A stretch of DNA of 63,534 bases, the filler included, from Collodictyon triciliatum (lineage: Eukaryota): NCBI GenBank assembly GCA_043381765.1. It is 8 parts of 8 records of this genome, joined end to end, with 100 filler letters (N's around TTAATTAATTAA, not from the genome) between each part and the next. Parts side by side here need not be neighbours in the genome. Positions count along the whole stretch, not along the records: positions 1 to 8,649 come from JBHJMP010003337.1; positions 8,750 to 17,388 come from JBHJMP010003338.1; positions 17,489 to 25,069 come from JBHJMP010003340.1; 5 more parts are not named here. One strand, 5' to 3'. Positions 1 to 18,706 of this stretch are shown piece after piece (positions within the stretch are counted from its first letter, which is position 1; every line of letters starts with the position of its first letter). The notes below the pieces were generated by a model. The model had not been told where the DNA came from. It did no database searches and saw only the letters and a program-made list of their open reading frames with translations. The position numbers and the translations under genes are program-made.

Positions 1-957
1 GGATGCAAACAAGAGTCCATACAAGAAAATTCTAGAGGAAATATCGAGCAGGACATGGTTTATCGTGCTTCTTGAATAAAATCAAAATAAATAAATAAAT
101 GAAAACATAAATAAATAAATAAATAAATAAAAACAGGATTTGAATACATTTGTATTTTTTTCAACAAAGGCCTTCCTTTCGGAATCAAGAACAATCCAGT
201 GCCCAAAAAGATCAACTTGAAGCGTATGAGCTTCATTTTTTGAGTAACCAAGTTGATTTATGTCGATATTAATATGTGTTAAGAAACTAAAAATAAATAA
301 ATAAATACAGAATTTGTCGTTTTTGTAACTACACTGAGTCCCAAGCAACTATGAAAACTATCGAAGCTCACAGACAAAATGATTGCCCCATGATATTTCC
401 ATGTACTCATTGCAATCAGGTTGTATTTTAAGAAGCATTTCAAAATATAAGATTGTCTGATTCCTCTATTACTGTAAAATTCTTCGAACTGTGAAGTACT
501 TCATTCATATTCCATTTCAGCTGATAGAAATCAAAGATCTTGGACACCATTTAACTCGCGATTGCTCAGAAAAGGTATAGTAGACATTTTCTATTTAAAC
601 ACTTAACCGTCAATATATTAATTCGATTCAATTTAATAAACGAGAAAAAACGCAGGATAAATACATCGAGTGTGATGTGTGTCAGACGGTAATCCTTGGT
701 AGCCAGAGGAAAAGTCACACAATAAAATGCCAGCGTGAGTATTGATGTGCCCTCTCGATTGATTTTTTTGCTCAGCGTGAACTTGGTCGAAATATTTGCC
801 AGTTTCATTATGTATAAACTAATCCAGCTTCTCTTTAGCCCATTCAAACCCTGCTACCGTCCGTTGTCCGTTGTGCTGCGCTCTTTTTCTGCCCGAACGT
901 TGGGAAACTCATTTGCTTGAGCCTCCTGGTTGCGCAAAGAATCCAAGAACAGTATGA
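1..957 (+). CDS. CEP104: CEP104 homolog, 3' exons (C-terminal zinc-finger array), 5'-truncated
   Basis: Five to six GT-AG exons join to ICRFCNY..EAHRQNDCPMIFPCTHCNQLIEIKDLGHHLTRDCSEK-DKYIECDVCQ..HTIKCQ-PHSNPATVRCPLCCALFLPERWETHLLEPPGCAKNPRTV* (TGA 955-957). This matches the CEP104 C2HC fingers as I recall them (CxxC..H..CPM..C.HC.Q.VEI..L..HL..EC; RCPLCH...W..HL..P.GC..N.R). Confidence 0.85.
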
Positions 958-1549
958 CTAATCAATTTTTATCACGCGATATATCTTTTATGCTACAGTT
1001 TCCTGTGATTGGACATGAAGAAAACCAAAGGCTTTATTTTTTTTTGGATAGAAGATTTATTGAGATGATATGCATTGCAATAGATATAATAAAACTCTAA
1101 TCGCCATTTTTCTCACTTTCTTTATCATGGAATGCTCCCTTCGGCACGCATCTTCTAAGCGCAAGTTGAAGAAGGATTTTGAGGAATCCATGATGCAGTC
1201 TATGGTGAGGGAAAATCCTCTTACTGGTCGAAAGGGGACTGGGATTCCAGAAAGAACGGTTGCCGCTTCAAAGAGATAGCCCGAAAGAACCACGTTGTGG
1301 AATGGAGGCGCGTGAAGAAAATAAAACAAATGCAAATTGTATCTACTACCATATATACTTTACCGTACAAATACCGTTCACCCATATGTGGGTATTTATT
1401 TTTGGAACTCGTCTAAGACACGCTTTGCTGGTTTTTGTGTGTTCAACCTGACTAATCGCGAAGTGGAGGTCTTTTCTGTCCTGACGCCGTATGTTCTTTC
1501 ACTTTTCTGACGCTGGTTTCTTCAAGTTGGTCGCCCGCAAGAGTGGAGA

Positions 1550-8381
<6,832 letters not shown>

Positions 8382-8511
8382 CAATTAAAATAAATATGGT
8401 CTCCTTTTTAACATCTTGTATTGAATGATTTTTTTACTTACTTTTTTTAACTGCGTGAATCCAAAGTATAGATTGCGTCTAACCAAACATCCTACAATTA
8501 TCACCATCACC

Positions 8512-8512
<1 letters not shown>

Positions 8513-8609
<97 letters not shown>
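8513..8609. repeat. (ATT)n microsatellite
   Basis: Seen directly. Confidence 0.95.
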
Positions 8610-8649
8610 CACTCGCAATCACAAAAAATCCTTGCGAATCAGGAACGCC

Positions 8650-8749
8650 NNNNNNNNNNNNNNNNNNNNNNNNNNNNNNNNNNNNNNNNNNNNTTAATTA
8701 ATTAANNNNNNNNNNNNNNNNNNNNNNNNNNNNNNNNNNNNNNNNNNNN
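8650..8749. other. Artificial contig spacer
   Basis: N44-TTAATTAATTAA-N44, stops in all six frames; seven identical copies in the window. Confidence 0.99.
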
Positions 8750-9205
8750 TCTGCGGTCTGGAAGGAAGTGCGTAAACTATGCAGAGAAGTTGTCTTTGCA
8801 CTCGACCTAGTGCCTTTCTAACTCAATGCGAACTTCTCCTGTCCACCATCCTTTCAACACCTTGCGCCTCCAAAGTAGTATTCCCATCCTCTTCCACTCC
8901 CCTCTAAACATAATCAAGCCCGCTACTTTCCCTCTCTCAAGGATTTCACCACAAGTCCTATCCTAAAAGGAATCCCTGGGCCTCTTATCAAGCCCCAGGG
9001 TCATTACCTCCTTTTTTCTTTTCCTCTTCATCCTATTTTCTCTCCTTTATCTTTTCCCCATCTCTATACTCCTCTGATGGCACATCCACCATCACTTTCT
9101 CTTTTTACCTCGGAATACTTGCTTGGTGGTTGGAAAAAAAATTGTTGGCACGGGCGCCAACAGCTAAGTCTGTCGTGATTAAAATAATAAAATAATAATA
9201 ATAAA
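8750..9205 (+). mobile_element. Possible 3' end of a non-LTR retroelement
   Basis: Contig starts inside an open frame ending ..EVVFALDLVPF*, then a pyrimidine-rich UTR, a perfect hairpin TGTTGGC-acgggc-GCCAACA (9143-9162) and an (AAT)-rich tail. No RT motif seen. Confidence 0.35.
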
Positions 9206-9496
9206 TCAGCCACTTAATATTGGGTTTTGTACTGTCTCATTTGGAGTTCCTCTATTTTTTCTCGTAACGATGTGATTTCCTCGACTTTTCTACTTGATAA
9301 GCTTTTTTTTTAAGATTTATTGGGTAAAAAAAGAAGAAAAAAAGAGGACATATCATTCTCTTTGGAAATATTTCCATGGTTCTTTTTGCCATTATCACCC
9401 ATACACCTTTTCTCGTTAATAAGAGATTATGGCAATTAATTACTGTTTTAAGGTGAGAGCAAATAAGAGGAAAAAGAGGAAAATTTCAAGGAAGAA

Positions 9497-12400
9497 TTAT
9501 AGAGAGGACGATGAACCCTCTCTGAAGGTCGTCATTTCCATATCATTTTCATCTATCACTCTGTTTCTTATGCGAATGATTATTGATGATTTCATGATAG
9601 TCTCAAATATAGGGTGAATAAATCTCTCTATTTTTGTAAAGAAAGAGATGATTATTGCAGGGCCAGCTTTGGACAGAGAAACTATTGCAATCAACCCATT
9701 AGAGAAGGAGACAAGCAGAACGAGAAAATATTTGGTATATGTACTTATGTCTGAATAACGAAACAGAAGGCTTGTCATTAACGTAAAATAGAGTACTGAT
9801 GTTGACCAAATCTGATATTTCTTGAGGACATTTGACATGAACGGCTCGAAATATATCGACGACGCAATACTCAATATCAAAATCCAAGAGCCAAAGTAAA
9901 TTTGTAAAGCTGGAGAGAACAATACGCTAACAATAACAACAAGAAGCTTTTGCATCATCATAACTAATTCCCAGTAATAGCATCTTTCGTTGAACCCATC
10001 CATCAAAAATCGAAACAAGTTGTACGTATTAGATCCTGGATCAAGCAATAACGACCTTTTGGAAAACATATATAAAGCAAGAAATATCGGGCCACCAAAG
10101 CAGTACAGAACAACATAAACTATGCAAATATTTTTCCAAAGCAAATAAGTTGCATCATTGCACATGACTGACATATCAGCCTCCAAGTAATTTTCTTCAC
10201 CTAACTGTACACATCCGAATATGCTTGATATTGATGATGTTACTGTTGGGTGGATAAAAATCAAAATAACTAGCATATGAAATATGAATTCTTCATTGAA
10301 CTTATAAAATGTAAAATCCTTCTTATGAATTTGACATGTTTTTAATCTCCACAGAGTCTTAAATAACACTATTACTGAAACAATGACCACCAAAGCAAAC
10401 GGAGTAATCATCGCAAGAAAGACTTTGTCGTATACGTCCCAATCGAACTGACATTCCGTTGCATAATTGTCTATCGACAGAGAGAATGACAAAAAACTTG
10501 GAATTTTCATTACTGATATAATAGTCGCACTCCAGTCAACATCAAAGTTGGCTAGATAGGATAGAATCTGAAAATGTGTCGACAGCGTCTTCAAAATTTG
10601 AATATTCCCAGTTTTTGGTTGTCTTGACTGCTCTATCATGTAAAAAACAAACGAAAAGGGAAGCATAATTGCCAAAATAACCAGAAAACCATTTACACCT
10701 TTTTGCGAGCATTTTATGCAGTAATTTCCACCTATTTTCCCGTAACCTTCATTGCAGATACTGCACAAAACCCCGGTGTATCCCTCGGAACATGTGTTGT
10801 TATCTCCTCCCCTGCAAGATTCTTCGTTAAGACATTTGTATGTAATTAATTCACCTTTTGAACTCGGAGCTCGCCAATAACCTGGAGCTATCTTGATTTT
10901 GCTACTTCCATCACACGTAAATCCACTTGGACAGTCTTTGCACAGATTTGATTTAGAATCTAAGTATGTCGATGAAAAGCACAAACAATCATTCATGGTT
11001 GTAGACCCAATTATACCCCCATTCCACTCACTTGGGCACAAAGTGCAGTTTGTGTTAAATCCTACACTGAAGCTACCAGTTGAGCATGGTGCGCACGTTT
11101 TTTGAGCCAAATCATAGGAACCGCCTAAACAAACATCCCATATGTTGATGGTCCAATCACTGCCTCCCGAAACTATTTTTGACCCATCAAGCGAAGCGAT
11201 GACACTTTTAACACCGCCAATATGACCAGTCAATGTGCGAATCAAAGCTCCATCAGAAAGTTTCCAAATTTTGATGGTAGAATCGTTGCTTGCAGATATA
11301 ATTTTTGAACCATCAAAAGTAACAGAAACGCTCAAAACACAACTAGAATGACCGAATAATATTCGAATCAAAGTTCCATCATATATATTCCAAACTATGA
11401 TTGTAGCATCCGTGCTTCCAGACACAACGTTGTTACCATTAGGAGTAACAGCAACGGTTAAAACACCGCCTCTATGACCAAGCAAGGTACGATTCGAAGT
11501 TTCATCAGAAATATCCCAAATCTTGATACTTTCGTCAAGACTTCCAGACACGATTATCAAATCATCAGGAGTAACAGTAACACTAGTAACATAAGCAGCA
11601 TGACCACTTAATTTGCTAATAGAACTTAGATCAGAAAGATTCCAGATTAGTATTGTTCCACAGTCGCTTCCAGAAACAATTTTTGAGCCATCAGATGTAA
11701 CAGCAACACTAGTAACAACAGTTGTGTGATTAGTCAACGTGAGAATCAAAGTTCCATCAGAAAGATTCCAGATTCTTATTGTTCTATCATTGCTTCCAGA
11801 GATGATATTTGAGCCGTCATATGTAACAGTAACACTAGTAACCCCATCAGTATGATTAGTCAAAATGAGATTCAAACTTCCATCAGAAAGATTCCAGATT
11901 CTTATTGTTTTATCATCGCTTCCAGAGACTATTTTTGAGCCGTCAGGAGTAACTGCGACACTGTTAACATAATTGATATGACCAGTCAAATCTATATTCA
12001 AAGTTCCATTGAGAATATTCCAGATTTTTATTGTGCTATCATGGCTTCCAGAGACTATTTTTGAGCCGTCAGGAGTAACTGCGACACTGTTAACATAATT
12101 GGTATGACCAGTCAAATCTATATTCAAAGTTCCATTGAGAATATTCCAGATTTTTATTGTGCTATCAAAGCTTCCAGAGACAATTTTTGAGCCGTCAGAT
12201 GTAACAACAACACTAGTAACCCAATCAGTATGACCAGTCAATGTGTGAATCAAAGTTCCATTAGAAAGTTTCCAGATTTTTATTGTGCTATCGTCGCTTC
12301 CAGAGACGATATTTGAACCATCAGGAGTAATGGTAACACTTCGAATCCAATCGGTATGACCAGTCAACGTGCGAATCAAAGTTCCATTAGAAATATTCCA

Positions 12401-13103
12401 TATTTTGATTCCTAAGTCATGAAAGCTACCTCCGGAAACAATACTTGAGCTATCAGGAGAAACACAGACACTGTAAACACCAGTATCTTGATCAGGATTA
12501 TCAGTCAATATGAGAATCAAAGTTCCATTAGAAGCATTCCAAAGTCTGATTGTTCTATCAATACTTCCAGATACAATTTTCGAGCCATCAGGAGTGACTA
12601 TGACACTGTTAACACAATCGGTATGACCAGTCAACGTGCGAATCAAAGCTCCATTAGAAAGATTCCAAATTTTTATTGTACTATCAGCGCTTCCAGATAC
12701 AATTTTCGAGCCATCAGGAGTGATTATGACACTGTTAACACAATCGGTATGACCAGTCAACGTGCGAATCAAAGCTCCGTTAGAAAGATTCCAAATTTTT
12801 ATTGTACTATCAGCGCTTCCAGAGACGATATTTGAACCATTAGGAGTGATAGATACGCAGCGTACATCTATAGGACCTGATAAACTACGAATCAGAAAAT
12901 CATATTGCCCTTCAACTTGATGCACTTGACGAAATAAGATCAAACCTATTTTTTTTAATCATTTAAAAAAAGAAAGATAGGCTTGAATCGAATAAAGGAA
13001 ACCCAAAATTAGAAATAAAGCTATTGATATATTTCTAGAAAATAAGATATATTCGATCACTTAAGAGCGAAGCAGCCGCAATTCCCATAGAGGCCAATCT
13101 CAT
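9497..13103 (-). CDS. Signal peptide + 14 WD40 repeats + Cys-rich (TNFR/GCC-like) stalk + about 9-TM membrane domain
   Basis: 1148-aa ORF 9497-12943 plus a short upstream exon (MRLASMGIAAASLL.., ATG about 13103) that splices in frame. 14 GH..V.SV..TPDGS.IVSGS.D.TI.IWN repeats; CAPCSTGSFS, C.DCPSGFTC..PGYWR, CSEGYTGVLCSICNEGY; hydrophobic segments with the FLMDGF..YYWE...QK..PF motif. Confidence 0.88.
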
Positions 13104-16074
13104 TCTAAGAATCTAATTATGTATAGATTTTAACGATGCTAATTCTATAATTAATGGTGTATGATATAACAGTAACTTGAGTAAATTGCTACAATACTTT
13201 TTTAATACAAAAATCGATCGGATAATTGATTCATAAATAGTCGAAATATATTCAAGAGGAAAAATATCCATAGGAAAAACCCTTGCAAACATATAAAAAA
13301 AAAATTCACTGTTTACACTAAATTTCATACTCTCACTTTTTTGATTACTCCCTAGTCAGTGTAACCAGTTTAAGAAAAATATTTCGAAATTCATAAGTTT
13401 TGAAAATTTAATTATTAACTGTGTAATTATATAGGTCACTCAGTGCTTAATTAGAAACAGGATTGGACATGATTGGAGATGGGGGGGGGGGTATATATTT
13501 GGGGTAGGTAAATAAACAGAACATAGATATGTTTATACTTTATTAAATATGTGAAATATAAAGACCATGTTATCAAAATTTTAGGGGATTTCCCCAAATT
13601 GAGAATATCATAAGCATTTTGATGAAATATTTCTAATAATTGAAGCGATATTTATGATCAGAAACGGAATATATTGACATTCATTTGAAGCAAAAAATAC
13701 AACCAATTTCATTTTTATTATACCCCATAATAATACATATAAAATATGGTGTATATTTGAAGTATATCCATAAAAAAAAAACTTTCTCTTCTGATGTTGT
13801 GGTAGCCATTTACCTTTTTTTTTTTTAAAAAAAAAAGTGAGTGTAAGTATAATAGGTGCAATTAATGATAATTTACAATCGAATAAAAAAAATTAAACCC
13901 AACCCATGTAGAATCGAAAGAATTACATAAGGTACTTGGGTCAGTATATGAATGGAGAGTGCAAAGCAATAATAGAGATGATTTCGATCAAATAATTGGG
14001 CGTTTGTGTAGGTTATTTATTACGAAATTACATATGATAAAAAGCACCATATAGTGTAGCGTATCAATAAAATTGAATTATTGAATGTGATTCTTAGTTT
14101 GAGCTGTATTTGAGCACAATACAAGCGAATCAATAAGTGATATCTGATTGAAATTTATACAGCAGACATTATCATGCATAATCATTCGTTAATCTGGCTA
14201 ATGTAATGATTGCATTCATCAATTTAATATCTTGTTGCAAATTTTATAAGAAAGCGCAAAAAAAAATAAATAAATAAATTAAAAACATAGCTGAATAGAA
14301 GGGCCCGAGCCTAACTGAAGCTAAATAGTATTTGACATCAAGGTAATATCACTAATAATTTTTATCAGAGAAAAAGTAAATATAGAACGAAATGTCTCGA
14401 AACCAGTAACCTTTTATTTTGATCAAACTTTTAATGAATTTTCTAATATGTTTACATATTCATATTTCATTTTAAGAAACTAAAATATGGTAATATTGGC
14501 CTAGATATACCATAGAGCTCCATAGCTGAAGACAAATGTTTGCATGTTTCACAGGTAATCTTTATACACTATGTGTTTCATAACAAAGAACTAGGGAGAA
14601 AATATTTTTTCGAATATAAGTTTTCATAAAATTTATCACATCCTATGCATTTATTCATAGGGATTTATATTGGTAATCACAAGTGAAGGATTTAAGAGTT
14701 AATGAAAAAAATTTAGCCTCATACGTTTCACAAATATCGATAGTAATTAAAATGTCATCAGTTCGGTGATATTATGATCGGAAATATATGAAATGATGCA
14801 TAATCCACTTATTAAAACATAACATTAATTCCTGTGGTGTGCTTCATTTTTATCTGTTGTATTTTTATCATCCGAAAATTAGTTTCTTTTAGTTAAAACA
14901 TTACATAGAGTTCACTTTAACAATACCAATAAAATCAATAATACCAATACTAATACTAATGCTTTAAGTTGATGTTGAAAAATCGATGGATAGGAAAATT
15001 ATTGTGTTCTGTTGATTTTTAACATCTGACATTTGCAACTTTTAATTTTATACATAGATCTACTATTATAGGGGATATTAGAGGCACTTATCTCAACTTG
15101 AAAGATCATTCAAATTATAAAGTTATAATTGTAACTGATGCACACATAAATACCATGACATTGCAGATTTGAATATGCGCCATACTATTACGAATTTAAT
15201 TACTTTTAGATTATGATACATAAAATAAAACGAACAAAAGCAAATTGATTTTATAGAGATGAATATTTTAACCAAAAGTCTAGACATACTGATATTATTT
15301 TTATTATATTAACCTAGTTGAAGCTTTCTGAGTTATGTTGGTCATTTTCTTTTAAAGTCCGTGTGGATAAATTTATTCAAAAATTCTTAAACTCAATGAA
15401 TATAAATGACTAATTCAGAGTAACACCATGATTTTCTTTAAATCTACAGAGTGATGGAAAATGGTTATCACTCTCTTGAAATCAAAAACAGTAACACGAT
15501 AAAATTAGCTTTTGGACTGTAAATCAACATGTTATGATAACAAAACGTCACTTTTGCTGGTACAAGTTATAATCATATCAATCGATTTTTATTCTGTTAT
15601 CATTAACATATTTTTATATAAATGATGACATTTTCTTTTCTTGCCTGTATTTACAGATTAAAACTCTACCCTCGACTAATAATCTCATGAGATATAATAT
15701 ATTCAATATTACATAATATTCGAAGAATGTTATAATGCATAATCATAATAGAGTTTTTGGAATTGTTATAAAAATATATTATGTATCAATTCCATAATAT
15801 GCTCGGGATATGATCCCACGTAAAAAAATACCTTTTTAAAAGGGCATTTCCCTATATGAAAGAAAATTTGATTTATGTTAGGTCACAAGATGGATTCAAT
15901 TTTTAAGATTGTGTCATTATGCATTACATAATAAATAAGAAATTGATGTATAAGCACGACATAAACATTACCAGGTAAGTAGTCACAGAATTATAAATTT
16001 TGTAGTAAAATACGTCTTTTATCTTCGTATTGATAAAAAGAAAAAAAGGAAGGTTAAATGAAGAAAGAAGGGGA

Positions 16075-16315
16075 CGAGATGACCACATATGGTTATCCAT
16101 TCGGGGGTGTTTGGCCTACGATTGACCCCAGGGTATTGGTCCGAGTAGTTGTAGCTCTAAATGAGCAGTAATTACTCTCGACCCCGCCCTATGCGTAGGA
16201 ATGAGCTCCTGTTCAGTTTCTGTACCAAGCTGACCTACACCCGAATCCGACTCGCGTCATTGCTTTCAACCAAGATGCCAATAATTGCGCCGGACTGTAA
16301 ATAATAATAATAATG

Positions 16316-16412
<97 letters not shown>
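16075..16412 (+). mobile_element. GC-richer structured segment ending in an (AAT)n tail; possible SINE or truncated LINE
   Basis: About 220-nt GC-richer island in AT-rich DNA, several complementary stems, running directly into (AAT)n at 16299-16412. Confidence 0.3.
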
Positions 16413-16413
<1 letters not shown>

Positions 16414-17213
16414 TAAAAAAAACCTTCCTCTCCTTGAATCGAATAAAAGAATGAAATCATTTTGAGACACAATTCACCGATAATGGTCAAAATTGAATCA
16501 AAAATAGGTATTGGATGCCTAAGTTCATGATTTTTTTTTAAGAAATATCGAATAATCAATCAGATTTTTCGACTCTGCGTAGTACTATTTTTTGGAGAAT
16601 ATGCTTACACATTTCGCTTCCATAGTTAAACCTGTTTCATGGAATCTTTCGGTATCCCCATTTGTTGCATCTCTTTCAACACAAACAGCTGATTGCATGA
16701 CCATTGTTCGGCAAAATTGGAAATTTTCTTTAAAAAAAAAAAAGGGACCGTGTATATCAATTTTTTTTTCCTAATTATAAATTTTACATGGGATCAATAG
16801 ATAAAATATTGATAAACGAGTATCTCAAGTATCGTAGTATGAAATTATGCCCAGATCAATAGTTTCTCAAGCTAGTTCATCCAATAAGAATATTTTCCCT
16901 GTGTCGAATTTGATAGCTAGCTTATATTTGATTTCAAAATAACAATATATGGCCATACTATAAAAGTACTCGTGCTCTTCATCGGGAATGAGAAAAAAAC
17001 AGAATGATGAAAAGATAAATGAATCAGAGCAACTAATACTGAGAATCATATTCATACCTACCTTGCCATCCGTGGGTTGATGCCTTGAGCCTGCACCTTA
17101 AGCCTTTCAACACTTTCTCCCAGTAGCCTCTTGTTCCCTCGCTCCCCGTGGGTCGGTAGCTTGAGCTCGCTCCGTCTCTTTTATTCTTCTTTTCATTCCC
17201 CTTTGTGTTATAA

Positions 17214-17388
17214 GTATTATTAGTATTATTAGTATTATTAGTATTATTATTAGTAGTATTATTAGTAGTATTATTAGTAGTATTATTAGTAGTATTATTA
17301 GTATTATTATTAGTATTATTATTAGTATTATTATTAGTATTATTATTAGTATTATTATTAGTATTATTATTAGTATTATTATTAGTAT
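17214..17388. repeat. (TAGTATTAT/TAGTATTATTAT)n at contig end
   Basis: Seen directly. Confidence 0.95.
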
Positions 17389-17488
17389 NNNNNNNNNNNN
17401 NNNNNNNNNNNNNNNNNNNNNNNNNNNNNNNNTTAATTAATTAANNNNNNNNNNNNNNNNNNNNNNNNNNNNNNNNNNNNNNNNNNNN
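17389..17488. other. Artificial contig spacer
   Basis: Same linker. Confidence 0.99.
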
Positions 17489-17755
17489 TTCCTTTGGATG
17501 AGTAAGGGATTTGCAAATGCTCTGTTATTGAAGGGGGGGGGGAAAGAAAGCCAGGAGCATGTCAACAGTCTCATCCTATACTCACATAATATAGAAGAGC
17601 CACACTCGAGTGGCAGTTAAGGTTTGGATTGTGGAGTTGGTCACTTTTTTGTTTTACAAGGCATAGTGTCTGTGTAAAAGGTAGAGCAGAACTATTTTTT
17701 CTGTTTTCATAATGATGTTTCTTTATCTTGACTACAAAAAGTTTACTATCGACAA

Positions 17756-17786
<31 letters not shown>

Positions 17787-17826
17787 ATTTCCGGGCCCGT
17801 TATCCCCAGCACAAAAAGAAAAACCA

Positions 17827-17868
<42 letters not shown>

Positions 17869-18706
17869 GGTATTTCAGGCCCAGTTCTTCACAGATTAAA
17901 GTATAATACCAAAGCACGCCCAGAAGGCTGGTTTCCACGCGTCCCGAGGGATGCAGTGCACGCCTTGGCGATCAATGTCCTTATGGCGTTCATGTGCTTG
18001 GTGTAGTTCCTTTTGCCCAGCAAGTAGTCAGCAAAAGAAGGGTGTGGAGTATGTAGCTTCCTTTTTTTTTTATTCAATCTTTTTTTTTTAATTCAGAAAT
18101 CCATAAGATCGCGTGTTGCGAAGACAAATCCTAGATACCACGAATGAGAGACTCCACCCTGGCCTGTCTTCCAGATTCTCATTCCAGATATAGAAAATCC
18201 ACTTTCAAAACCTCGTTCCTTGCTTCTGTTGATAGGGGCGAGTGCTGCTTCTGGTTTTGCACTAAGTCAGTGCGTTCGCACGATCTGACGGCCACTTTGC
18301 TCCGAAGTGACTGAACGACGGCGCCTCTGGACTGTTGCGTCTTCCCTACTTTATTTGCCTTTACTCAGCTCCTTTTAGATGCGTCTAGCTTTCATTCTTC
18401 GTGACTGGTTTATCTTATTTTTTTTTTATCCTGTCTATGTGTCATCTTTTTCGCTCTAGCTGAATCTTTTCTATGACCTTTAGTTTTTTTTTTTTTTTTT
18501 TTATTTTTTTTTTTTTTTATTTTTTTTTTTTTTTTTTTTTTTTTACATATGTTCACTTTTATATAATTTATATTTTTTTCTGGTTCTTTACAATTTAAAT
18601 GGTTGACAAGAATCTTGCATATTATGCCTGCCACTTTATTCTTTTTGTGTGCGTCCAATATACGTTAACAAACACTCGCCATGAAATATCTAGCACATTG
18701 GTCCTA

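Noticed and set aside
1057-1335. Short ORFs on both strands between CEP104 and the SH3 gene
   Set aside because: No recognisable homology and the strand is ambiguous.
8694-8705. TTAATTAATTAA palindrome recurring about every 8.6 kb
   Set aside because: Flanked by N runs; an artificial six-frame stop linker, not a biological repeat.
13110-16070. About 3 kb of AT-rich DNA with scattered exon-like fragments
   Set aside because: No consistent spliced frame or recognisable motif found.
17489-18400. GC-richer patches that may be minus-strand exons
   Set aside because: Could not assemble or identify a protein.
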